A stretch of 64,000 nt of DNA from a virus. The notes under the pieces were generated by a model. The model had not been told where the DNA came from and did no database searches. It saw nothing but the letters and a program-made list of their open reading frames with translations. The DNA is taken from IMG/VR virus record IMGVR_UViG_3300043436_003324, one strand, 5' to 3'. The translations under genes and the position numbers were made by a program. Below are positions 48,198-58,259 of the stretch, in pieces. Position 1 is the stretch's first letter; each line of letters begins with the position of its first letter.

Positions 48198-51100
48198 ATG
48201 CCACATTCATATAGAATACGAACTAATATAGGTGTAGATAAATCTGTAAATTTAAAGTTTGATCAAGATTTTGACTTTATAGAAATACTATCACTTAAAT
48301 TAACACAAGCAGAAATATACGAAAGAAGATGTGCCGATTATGGTGTTATTGCAGGTAGAGTTTCAGTTAATGGAGGATTCGGACTTGCAAACGCAAAGTT
48401 ATCTGTTTTTATACCGTTAACAAATGAGGATGAGTTAAACCCAATTATAAGTGAATTATATCCTTACAAAACATTAAATAATAAAAATGAAGATGGGTAT
48501 AAATATAATTTATTACCTAAATCTCCTGAGTATTTAGGTCACGTACCAACGGGTAGTTTCTTTGATAGAGACGAAGCAATTCTTGAAAGATCGGTAATAG
48601 AAGTTTATGACAAATATTATAAGTACACAGTAACAACAAACGATAGTGGTGACTTTATGATTTTTGGGGTACCGACAGGACAACAAACCCTTGTCATGAA
48701 CCTTGACCTTTCAAACATAGGATGTTTTTCATTAACACCACAAGATTTAATAGATAGTGGATTTGCGGTTGAAAGTCAATTTAACGGTTCTAAGTTTAAA
48801 TCATCAAACAATTTAAGTGAGTTACCACAAATTATAACATTAGTTAAACAAGTTAATGTTGAACCATTATGGGGAGAACCTGATATTTGTTTCATTGGAA
48901 TTACAAGACAAGATTTTGACTTGTCTGAAGAGATAAATTTAACCATAAAACCAACTGCGGTATTTATGGGGTCAATCGCAACTACTCAAGACGAACAGGC
49001 ATTAAAAACAAATTGTAGAGTCCCATTGGCGGCAGGTACATTCTGTTCGTTAAACGCAGGACAAGGTAGAGTATCGGCAATAAGACAAACAATAAATATT
49101 GATGGAAATGGATACCCAGTACTCGAAGAGTATGAAATAGAACAAGGGGGTAAAATAATTGACGGTGACGGAACGTACCTATTAAAAGTCCCAATGAACT
49201 TAGATTATATTGTTACCGATGAGTTTGGTAATCAAGTTATTTCTTTGGACCCTACGGTAGGGATTCCAACAAAAGGCAAATACAGATTTAAAGTTAGTTG
49301 GCAAAATGACGGAGGAATCCAAAGCGAAATATTGAGAGCAAATTTCTTAGTTCCAAATATTAAAGAATATGGTTGGGCATCAACAACACCAACTGCGGAT
49401 CCAACATTAGGAGTTCCTTTAAATTATTCGGTTTCAGTTCCTGGTACCACAACAAGTTTAAACCCGGCAATAGTATTACCCGCACAAACAGGTGGATTAA
49501 TTTTACAATCTTATGTTAACTCTCAGGACGTTACTATAACAATAAACGGTGTACCATATACAGGAAGTTTAAGTAGTATACCAATTAACACACCTGGGGC
49601 CAACATAGGAATAAACTCAAATGCGGTAGACACAACTCAAACACAAAATTTTGAATTTACATTCTACGATCAAGCGGCGTACGATTCTTTTAGATCATAC
49701 GCATTTAGTTTAGATTGGGACGATTATGGGGATTCCACAATGATTCAAGAGGCAATCAATTGTGAGGATAGATTTTTTGAACTTAATTATAATAAGGTTT
49801 ATACTACCGCAATGTTTTTAGACCGTTATAAGAACGGTATATCTAGAGCAAGACATTTAGGGATTAAAGAGATTGATGATAGGGAGTGTATTTCTAAAAA
49901 TAATCCATTCCCTGTTAATGATGCAGTACAAAAATTTGATTTTATATATTTCTTGGCGATGTTACTATTAAACATATTAACATTCCCAATATTAGTGGTA
50001 TTATTTGTGGCTCACTTTGTCGCTTGGGCTTGGCCTGTTTTAAAATGGGTTTTAATTATATTATGTTTGTATTTTTTATACATACAAGTTAGAGAAACAA
50101 TAGACGCGATACAATCAGCACTTGAAAGTGCGGCAACGGCAATTCCAGGAGGTCCCGTATTTAATATTGGGGTAATACTTAGAACCGCTTGGCAAATATT
50201 ACAGGCGGTATTTAAATTAGCCTTATATTTAGTTTTCTTTGCTTTTGTAATTGTGTTCATAATAAGATTAAAAGGTTTTCCTAGAATTGGATTACCTATG
50301 TTATCTTACCCTGAATGTAATGCCTGTTCATGTGACTGTGGAAGTGCGGAAATTGATGATGATTTTGATATTAGTTCCGTAACCCAACAAGTAAATAATG
50401 AATATAATAACCAACAGTCAGAAGCCGGTAATCCCGCAACAACAACAACAGATAATACATTTTTAGCACCATTAAGTAGTCCCGCAACTTATTCGTTATC
50501 GGAACACCCTAACTACCCACAAATAAGTGAAAACGACGATATTGGTGAAAATGATAAAGGTAATTTTTATTGTGGTGGATCATTACAATATAAATCTTTA
50601 ATAAATAGGGTTAGTGATCAAGAAATTGTTGGAGATGTCTTAACCCAAGCTTTATTAGATTATCAAAGAATATTTTCAGGTTATGATTTAATAGATTCTG
50701 TTAATCTTTATAAGTTACATGCCCCACAACCATTTCTATTTGCTGCCGAAAAAAGTGTCGGTAGTGATGAAAGATGGTTTGCGTATCCCACTAAAGAAAC
50801 ATACCCACAAAAGTTAAATGAATTTAATACAAGAGATAAATACTTTAAAAACTCGCCTTCTGGAGGTGCAAACTCAGGGGTTAATAAAGTTCGTATTACG
50901 GTAAACCCAACCACAACCGCACCATTGGTTAGTCAACCATATGAGGATCAAGTTTTGGTTGTTATTGCAAAGGCAGGAATGATACAACAATTAGGGATTG
51001 GGGAAGTTATATCATTCCAAGACCCTAAATTATCTGGAGGGTGGGTTAACTTAACAGGGGCCACTGAAAATCAATTTAATAATACCGCAATAACGGGTAC

Positions 51101-53678
51101 AACAGTTACGGGGGATTCTGTTACACCAATAGTAAGGACAATAGAATACGCCGATCCAGCATCCAACGGGGATGTTTTAGCTAACTCAACAATTTATGTG
51201 ATTAACACAGGTCAAACTGATTATTATTTAGAATATCCTACAGACATTGAGTATTTTCAAGTAGTAACAGGATATACGGTTAACTCATTCACGGGAAATA
51301 CAAATTTTAGTATTACTGATTTAAATAAATTTCCTAAAAAATACTTATTACATGAAATTGGTTTTGTTTATGAAGACCAATGTAATCCATATACAAATAC
51401 TTCTCCTTTATTGTACTCTTCAGGTGCCGCAATAGACGCAATTGAATCTAGTGTTAGGAATTCTTTGGAAATTATAATATTGACAAGAGGGGTAGACCCA
51501 TTTACCCCAAAACAAGAGATTGAATACGATTTATCAATAATATTTGGTAATTCTTCATATGGAGTTGGACCTATAATTACTGGTAACTATTATTTAAATT
51601 ATCCTATACAACCATTATTAACAAACAATATTAAACCATTATCTCACGATACGGTTGATAATACTACAAATAATTTATATTTCCCGTCATTAACTTTTGA
51701 CCTAACACCAGGACAATACACAGGTTATACCTCAACATTACCGTATTATTATTTATCTACAGACGATAATTCAGGAACATATACCCCAAATGGTACATTA
51801 CAACAAGTTTCTGTAATATCTTCATCACCGTACAATTTATTTACAACCTCTCCATATAATTGGGTCATTCCAAAATACGTACAAGATTATTTTGTTGGGG
51901 GTACCTTTATTGGGTCACAGTCTCAAGATGGGCCGTCAACTAACCCAACCGTGTATACATTTTTTGATTCAGGTGCTGCGTATGATGAAACTAGTTATGG
52001 AACACCACCAAGTGGATATAATGCACTGTACTCAAGATCATATTATAGATATCTTTCATCTTCCGTTAACTTTAGTGATGAAACAAGGTTAGTAATGAGA
52101 AGTGATAGGATACCAACATCAACAAGAACTCAAGATGGTAACGATACTCAAACAGGGTATGGTCTACATCAAAATAATAACTTTTATTTCTTTAAGGGTA
52201 GTGGGGTTCAGTCAAACCCTAGTATTGGTGGGCCAGGAACACTACCAACAGGTAATTATGCTGATTCGACAGGGTTAGTTACGGGATTAACATCAACATT
52301 AACTTGTGAAGGTTTGGTTTCGTTACAATGTTACTCAGGAACAGGAACAGGAATTACCGTAAACCCAAATTGTGATGTACCAAGTGATAGAGTTGTTAAA
52401 GGATGTTATTGTCTTCTAAATAAAAAATATATTTCACAATACGATGAAGATGTAAAATTATTTTTAGAATGGAAAGTTAGATACTTGTTAATGTTAGCGG
52501 CATGTAGAGGAGTATTTGCAAGAGTATTCCAAAACAATTGGATAAATGGATTTTTATATATGCCTTCATTTAATAAGACATCCACATATGCAAATAATTC
52601 AGTTACTGACCCAACATACAATTACTGTAAAGACACTGTAGTTTTTGATGACGCACAAAATACTTTCTATTATAGATCATCTCCTTGGGATAGATTTGTT
52701 AACCAATTCATTGGTAAACCATCACCAACACCACCAAATAACTTGGCGGCATTATTTATCAATAATCCAGGGTATAACGACAAACAAATACAAAGTCCAA
52801 CAACAATTGTAGATTTAGGACCAAGAGATGAATTCATTAATCAAATATGTAATAATGAAAATTTAGAGGGTTATTTTGCAAACCAATTAAAATCAACTTC
52901 ATATAGTGATGACTCTGATATTATGCAAATGGGATTCATTTCTAGATTACTGAATCAAACTATAATACAACAAATGTTTCCGGTATCTACAAACGGAAAT
53001 CAAGGGGAAGGTATAGGTGTTGTTCAGTTCTTTAATAGTACGAGAGGTGGTGATAGAATTGACGGAGATTTTGCACAAGCAATCTCAACAAATAGTGAAT
53101 TTAAAGTAAATCCTTATTTAGAACAGAACTACCCAAATAACTACTTATTCATTGGAGACGACACCCAATCACCATCAAGACCTATTTTTGGTATTTTCTT
53201 TCAAGACAATAACGAGGAAAAAATAACAAGAAAAAAATTAACACCTGGAATACAAACATATAACATTTCACCATTTGTTGGTTATAATTATGGGTACCCA
53301 TCCACACAAGAAGTTCCATTCTATAAATGGCAAATTACTTCCCCATCAAATTACATTTTTGGAACGGAGAATAATAATTGGTATACATCCCCATTTATAA
53401 CAAGTGGAGGGTTCTATAAAAACAAATACCAAAGTTTAGATTTCCAAACCTCAGATTATTTTAAAACCACAACAACACAAGAAGGTCATATTGCAAACTT
53501 TACCCCAGGACCTAACCCAACAACAGTTAACGTTACTTATGGAGCACCAAACACACCTGGTTTAGACCCTGTTCTTGTTGGGGCACCGTTCCATTTTTAT
53601 TTTGGATTGAATAACGGTTTTACCGCACTTGATAGATTTATTAAACTTTATGTAAATAACGCAGAGACAAATGGGTAA
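48198..53678 (+). CDS. Giant baseplate-associated protein with N-terminal carboxypeptidase-regulatory-like beta domains and a central hydrophobic (transmembrane-like) block
   Basis: 1826 aa. GRVSVNGGFGLANAKLSVFIP and TTNDSGDFMIFGVP.G..TL; strongly hydrophobic segments at about aa 580-690 followed by CNACSCDCG. Confidence 0.55.
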   Translation: MPHSYRIRTNIGVDKSVNLKFDQDFDFIEILSLKLTQAEIYERRCADYGVIAGRVSVNGGFGLANAKLSVFIPLTNEDELNPIISELYPYKTLNNKNEDGYKYNLLPKSPEYLGHVPTGSFFDRDEAILERSVIEVYDKYYKYTVTTNDSGDFMIFGVPTGQQTLVMNLDLSNIGCFSLTPQDLIDSGFAVESQFNGSKFKSSNNLSELPQIITLVKQVNVEPLWGEPDICFIGITRQDFDLSEEINLTIKPTAVFMGSIATTQDEQALKTNCRVPLAAGTFCSLNAGQGRVSAIRQTINIDGNGYPVLEEYEIEQGGKIIDGDGTYLLKVPMNLDYIVTDEFGNQVISLDPTVGIPTKGKYRFKVSWQNDGGIQSEILRANFLVPNIKEYGWASTTPTADPTLGVPLNYSVSVPGTTTSLNPAIVLPAQTGGLILQSYVNSQDVTITINGVPYTGSLSSIPINTPGANIGINSNAVDTTQTQNFEFTFYDQAAYDSFRSYAFSLDWDDYGDSTMIQEAINCEDRFFELNYNKVYTTAMFLDRYKNGISRARHLGIKEIDDRECISKNNPFPVNDAVQKFDFIYFLAMLLLNILTFPILVVLFVAHFVAWAWPVLKWVLIILCLYFLYIQVRETIDAIQSALESAATAIPGGPVFNIGVILRTAWQILQAVFKLALYLVFFAFVIVFIIRLKGFPRIGLPMLSYPECNACSCDCGSAEIDDDFDISSVTQQVNNEYNNQQSEAGNPATTTTDNTFLAPLSSPATYSLSEHPNYPQISENDDIGENDKGNFYCGGSLQYKSLINRVSDQEIVGDVLTQALLDYQRIFSGYDLIDSVNLYKLHAPQPFLFAAEKSVGSDERWFAYPTKETYPQKLNEFNTRDKYFKNSPSGGANSGVNKVRITVNPTTTAPLVSQPYEDQVLVVIAKAGMIQQLGIGEVISFQDPKLSGGWVNLTGATENQFNNTAITGTTVTGDSVTPIVRTIEYADPASNGDVLANSTIYVINTGQTDYYLEYPTDIEYFQVVTGYTVNSFTGNTNFSITDLNKFPKKYLLHEIGFVYEDQCNPYTNTSPLLYSSGAAIDAIESSVRNSLEIIILTRGVDPFTPKQEIEYDLSIIFGNSSYGVGPIITGNYYLNYPIQPLLTNNIKPLSHDTVDNTTNNLYFPSLTFDLTPGQYTGYTSTLPYYYLSTDDNSGTYTPNGTLQQVSVISSSPYNLFTTSPYNWVIPKYVQDYFVGGTFIGSQSQDGPSTNPTVYTFFDSGAAYDETSYGTPPSGYNALYSRSYYRYLSSSVNFSDETRLVMRSDRIPTSTRTQDGNDTQTGYGLHQNNNFYFFKGSGVQSNPSIGGPGTLPTGNYADSTGLVTGLTSTLTCEGLVSLQCYSGTGTGITVNPNCDVPSDRVVKGCYCLLNKKYISQYDEDVKLFLEWKVRYLLMLAACRGVFARVFQNNWINGFLYMPSFNKTSTYANNSVTDPTYNYCKDTVVFDDAQNTFYYRSSPWDRFVNQFIGKPSPTPPNNLAALFINNPGYNDKQIQSPTTIVDLGPRDEFINQICNNENLEGYFANQLKSTSYSDDSDIMQMGFISRLLNQTIIQQMFPVSTNGNQGEGIGVVQFFNSTRGGDRIDGDFAQAISTNSEFKVNPYLEQNYPNNYLFIGDDTQSPSRPIFGIFFQDNNEEKITRKKLTPGIQTYNISPFVGYNYGYPSTQEVPFYKWQITSPSNYIFGTENNNWYTSPFITSGGFYKNKYQSLDFQTSDYFKTTTTQEGHIANFTPGPNPTTVNVTYGAPNTPGLDPVLVGAPFHFYFGLNNGFTALDRFIKLYVNNAETNG

Positions 53679-55404
53679 TAATGAAACTATACAAATATTA
53701 TTAGGATCTAAAAAGAATAAAATATCCTCAAATGTTGATGAAGCGGTAAGAGTTCCTCTAAATCAAACGTTTAAACAACAAGTTGAATATGATAGAACCG
53801 AAGAAATAAATTTGGCTGAGTTGTTTCAAAAAGAAAGAGGAGAATCTACAATATTTAGACCAACAACAAAGATAGTATTTTTATTTAAAAACCAATACAG
53901 TGGAGGAACGTCTTATGTTCCATATAGAAATAATTTATATTACACAAACGCTATATCAAATGCGGTTACATCAATAGGTAATCCATCGGCACCTTGGGAT
54001 GGATTTCCACAATATTATGAATTTGATCTTATTAGAACAGATAATAACGTAAATGGATACACAACAGGTGTGGGTAATCATGTGAGTTTTATTAATAAAA
54101 GTGCAACAACATATAATTGGATGTATTATTTAACGTACCCACATTTAAATGTTGATCGACAATTATATGCTGATGATCAAGATACAACAAACACATGGTC
54201 TTGGCAGGCTTTTGATGGAATACCGTTTATTATTGAAAACAACACTTTATATGGTGACGATGTAATATCATTTAGATGTCCTATGAATCATGGTTTATCT
54301 GTTGGAGAATCAGTTAAACTTAACTTTAATTATAATGGAACAGACACCTTTCAAGTGACTTCTTTGGGTAATGAAAATTATGATTCTGAAGATTACATTT
54401 TTAACATACAAAATATAGGGTATTTAGGTACCACTTTCAGTGTGAACACAACAGGGACATTTAAAAGAATTATAAACGCAACTAATGAAATAGACACAAC
54501 CTCAAACTATTATGTTAGGGTTCACAAAATATTAACTAGTATTGAAGATTCTGTTTTAGTTAATGCCGGATTTGAAAAAAATATTTTTAGTAAAGCCGTT
54601 AAATTTGAAAAAGCGGTCTTAACACCAAATGGGGTTGATAGATCTTCCATTAAAGAAGGTAATGACAGTTACAATTTAATGTTTAATAATAACATTGATA
54701 TTGACGGTTTAAGGGATAACCTTAACAGACCTGTAAGCGAGTTATTTTTTAGTTTTATTTGGAAAGGATATTTTGGATGGACATTAGGTCCGAATACAAA
54801 TCTTAAAGAGGGTTACGAATTTAATTTACCTTTAGAGAATAACCAACCTAGTGTTTGGTGGGATCAAACAAATACACAATCGGATACAGGGTTTTTAACA
54901 AACAATTACACATCTAATGGTAATGTTTTTTATTATGTCGATAATTTAAATATTGGAGATAACATAAATGGAGACTTTTGTGAATTTAATCCTTATGAAC
55001 AAAAAGAACGAGTTATATCAAGTACCTATCAAAAATTCACATTTAATCCTAACTACTTTACATCAACAAGTTTGTTAACACCATCAAATCAATTAGGGTA
55101 TTACTATAAAGTACACCACCCAATGACAATTAAAGTTTTCTCAACATCTGTAAATGAAGAAGGATATCAAAATATAGATTTAGTTCCTGACTACTCATAT
55201 TTCTCAATAACAAGTCAAACTTTTAGATGGAGAGATATTTACCCATATGGGTACAAAGATAGTGAAGGATTCGGAGTTGATTACCCATTTTTAAATGGTA
55301 GTCATTACCCTTACGATCAAATTATATTCAGATTAATTGGAGACGGAAGTAATATAAATAATCCAAACGTAATTGCAGAACCTATTATAGATGATTGTGA
55401 ATAA
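53671..55404 (+). CDS. Putative baseplate/tail structural protein (577 aa)
   Basis: Overlap-coupled in the baseplate operon; rich in Asn/Thr/Tyr; no catalytic motif. Confidence 0.55.
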   Translation: MGNNETIQILLGSKKNKISSNVDEAVRVPLNQTFKQQVEYDRTEEINLAELFQKERGESTIFRPTTKIVFLFKNQYSGGTSYVPYRNNLYYTNAISNAVTSIGNPSAPWDGFPQYYEFDLIRTDNNVNGYTTGVGNHVSFINKSATTYNWMYYLTYPHLNVDRQLYADDQDTTNTWSWQAFDGIPFIIENNTLYGDDVISFRCPMNHGLSVGESVKLNFNYNGTDTFQVTSLGNENYDSEDYIFNIQNIGYLGTTFSVNTTGTFKRIINATNEIDTTSNYYVRVHKILTSIEDSVLVNAGFEKNIFSKAVKFEKAVLTPNGVDRSSIKEGNDSYNLMFNNNIDIDGLRDNLNRPVSELFFSFIWKGYFGWTLGPNTNLKEGYEFNLPLENNQPSVWWDQTNTQSDTGFLTNNYTSNGNVFYYVDNLNIGDNINGDFCEFNPYEQKERVISSTYQKFTFNPNYFTSTSLLTPSNQLGYYYKVHHPMTIKVFSTSVNEEGYQNIDLVPDYSYFSITSQTFRWRDIYPYGYKDSEGFGVDYPFLNGSHYPYDQIIFRLIGDGSNINNPNVIAEPIIDDCE

Positions 55405-56173
55405 TTATAAAATATTGAAAAAACCAACAGACGTTTATATTAATATACCTGTTGAAGTTAAGTGGGACATAGATGGTAATGATGATGCCATTGATGAATT
55501 TGTTCTTAAAACTATTGATGAGGTTATTGGTAAAGAAAATGATTTTGAGGTTGCAAGATTCTCACATAAAAAACATGATAATACCGATAAGACCGATATA
55601 AATTACGATTTTGGATTTTTTGATCAATCTCTTAATTTATGGAACTCTTCTTATTTAACCGAAGGATTTTCCGTTAATGAAGTCTATTATTACACAAAAC
55701 CATTCACAAAAAGTTTCTTCAAGTTAGACCTATATGATACTAAAGATTCTGCAACACAAAGAAATTATTTAACAATAATTTTACCAGTACAACAAGGGGG
55801 AATAGAAAACGGTTTAGTTTTAAGTCCGTCCATCCCTACTGTTAACATAAAAAAACCTGAATTTAAGTTAGACTTTGTTGGAGATAAAGAAGGGTTTTTT
55901 ATTTATTGGGTTAGAAGTAGAGATTTTATTGATATAGATACTTTTTATATGAGGGCCAAATTCTTTAACGGTAAAACGGGAAGTTATGTTATTATGACAA
56001 ACACTCCACAAACAAGTATTTTACCTACACAATATAATTTTGATCCCGCTGAGTATTTTTATTATGAAGTTAATTTAGATTACAGTGATTTTACATATAC
56101 TATTAAAGACAACAATAATAATAGAGTTGGAACAACAACACCAATAAACTGGTATGAATATATGAACCCATAA
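55391..56173 (+). CDS. Putative structural protein (260 aa)
   Basis: Overlap-coupled in the baseplate operon. Confidence 0.55.
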   Translation: MIVNNYKILKKPTDVYINIPVEVKWDIDGNDDAIDEFVLKTIDEVIGKENDFEVARFSHKKHDNTDKTDINYDFGFFDQSLNLWNSSYLTEGFSVNEVYYYTKPFTKSFFKLDLYDTKDSATQRNYLTIILPVQQGGIENGLVLSPSIPTVNIKKPEFKLDFVGDKEGFFIYWVRSRDFIDIDTFYMRAKFFNGKTGSYVIMTNTPQTSILPTQYNFDPAEYFYYEVNLDYSDFTYTIKDNNNNRVGTTTPINWYEYMNP

Positions 56174-57315
56174 TGGAAGAACAAAGATATTATATACAGA
56201 TTGGTCTTGAAGATATAAAGAATAAAATATTTCCTATTAATTGGACAGGAGATTGTGAAGAAATATATGTGGAAGATCCTTGTTGTCCTACAGGGGTAAC
56301 TTACGTTAATTGTGAAACAGGGACAACATATGTTTATTCTTCCATGACCCAATTATTATCAGGGGGAACAAACGGAGACTCAACCTTAACAGGGTTAACT
56401 ATTCCAATCATGTTAACACAGACAACATACGATATGGGATGGTATTCTGTGTTTGATGGTTTAATTTACCAAAAAGAAACTTTAAATAACTTTATTTTTT
56501 CATCTGACACTATTAATCCATATACATTTTATGTTTTTAATACATCAAATAATGTAACTCAATCGGTATTTGAAATAGATTGGGGGGATGGATCGCCGAT
56601 AGTCCCTATTAATATTTTTTCACCCTCATCATTAAACCATACGTACCCCGCATCTAATGGTATTTATACAATAAAAATTAAAGGAACTACACCTTGGGGG
56701 ATAACTGAAGTTACAAAAACCATAAACGTACCTTACCAAAATATAGTACCAATTAATCCAAATGGAACGGTAGTATTTTACCAACAAGGGGGTAATTGGG
56801 CAAACATTCCTGTAAGTTATGATTTCTTATTTACAGGAGACTCGAACCCAAATATTATAGATTATATAAGTTCAAGTTATGTTGGAGTACCATTCTTGGT
56901 AACAGGAACAACAAATTCTACATTATCTGACTTAGAACAGTATGGCCCAGTACCATACCCATTAGGAATACAAGTAACAGGAGAAACAGGAGTTGTTGGT
57001 ATCTATTACGGATCAGTACCAAATGGATCGTATTCTGCGTATACAATAAATGGTGTGGATTATTGGGACCTAAGTGGAGGTACAACATTATATTTTGTTC
57101 AATCTTCGGGATTAACACAAAATGATTTGGTTTTATCTGCGATGACAAAAGAAGAAGCATTAATTGGGGTGGCTTATGAACCTGAAATAAGATCTGATTT
57201 ATTTATTGAAAGGGGGAAAAATTCGGCGTTAGAATCTATCGAAAGATTAGGAGAAGTTGATAACATAGGAGATTTAGTCAAATATGGTTATGGTTTTTTT
57301 AACGTGGAAACTTAA
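56173..57315 (+). CDS. Structural protein with a PKD/Ig-like domain (380 aa)
   Basis: FEIDWGDGS......LNHTYP...G.YTIKI is the PKD-domain signature. Confidence 0.7.
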   Translation: MEEQRYYIQIGLEDIKNKIFPINWTGDCEEIYVEDPCCPTGVTYVNCETGTTYVYSSMTQLLSGGTNGDSTLTGLTIPIMLTQTTYDMGWYSVFDGLIYQKETLNNFIFSSDTINPYTFYVFNTSNNVTQSVFEIDWGDGSPIVPINIFSPSSLNHTYPASNGIYTIKIKGTTPWGITEVTKTINVPYQNIVPINPNGTVVFYQQGGNWANIPVSYDFLFTGDSNPNIIDYISSSYVGVPFLVTGTTNSTLSDLEQYGPVPYPLGIQVTGETGVVGIYYGSVPNGSYSAYTINGVDYWDLSGGTTLYFVQSSGLTQNDLVLSAMTKEEALIGVAYEPEIRSDLFIERGKNSALESIERLGEVDNIGDLVKYGYGFFNVET

Positions 57316-57350
57316 TTATTAATATTTATAAAATAACAAAGTAAAATTAC

Positions 57351-58259
57351 ATGGCAACAGGAACATATGGAACAATAAGACCGGCGGACGTAAGTCCAAC
57401 TGACGTTGATATTATATTAAATTATACGGAGTCAAGAGACGTTACAAACAACTTTCAGTTGACAAAATTAAATTCTTCTGCGGTTTTGACCCCTTATTTT
57501 CACAACACAAATACTGGAGGTAATTCAGGTGTAGAAATCTTAGGTGGACTATATAATTTAAGACTACCATCAAATATTTTTAATCAATTAGGGATTTATA
57601 CATTATATATAAGACCCGCAGAAATTAGAACTAGAATAACTGATTGTGGTATATTAGCAGCACTACCAAACATAAAAGGGATAGTGATAGATATAAGTAA
57701 CGTTCCCGTTTCATTCAGAGATAAATTTGTTAATCAAGGTTTAATTGGTTATAGGGTTGAATACTTACAGACAAGTGGGGCTAAAATACCAAATTTTTTC
57801 AGAATAGTTACCTCATCTTTTTACTGCGAACCCGTGGTCCAAAATACCACAAACACCTCAACAAGCACTGTTAGATATCAATATGTGAATGGGGTTACAA
57901 ATTTAATATTTTGTACATTATCACCTTCTTCATCACCATCTAACAAACCAAACGCAACACCATTTATTGGTCAACCAGATCAAGAAATAATAATAAGTAA
58001 TACATTCTTTAATCCTGTTACTATGGAGATTGAAATGGTTGAACACGACATTTCCACATTGGCAATTTCCTTGTTTGGTAATCAGACTAAGTCTCTTAAT
58101 GATGGAATTTATACACTTTACGATACTCAGAATAACATTTACAAACAATACAATTTATTTGAAATTAGAGATCAATATAACGAACTTTTATATGAAGTAA
58201 AACAAGATAGAGGTGATAACATAGATTTTAGTAAAAACTTTGCAAATATAACACAATAA
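57351..58259 (+). CDS. Putative structural protein (302 aa)
   Basis: Upstream TATTTAT motif (57323-57329); stop overlaps the next start. Confidence 0.55.
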   Translation: MATGTYGTIRPADVSPTDVDIILNYTESRDVTNNFQLTKLNSSAVLTPYFHNTNTGGNSGVEILGGLYNLRLPSNIFNQLGIYTLYIRPAEIRTRITDCGILAALPNIKGIVIDISNVPVSFRDKFVNQGLIGYRVEYLQTSGAKIPNFFRIVTSSFYCEPVVQNTTNTSTSTVRYQYVNGVTNLIFCTLSPSSSPSNKPNATPFIGQPDQEIIISNTFFNPVTMEIEMVEHDISTLAISLFGNQTKSLNDGIYTLYDTQNNIYKQYNLFEIRDQYNELLYEVKQDRGDNIDFSKNFANITQ

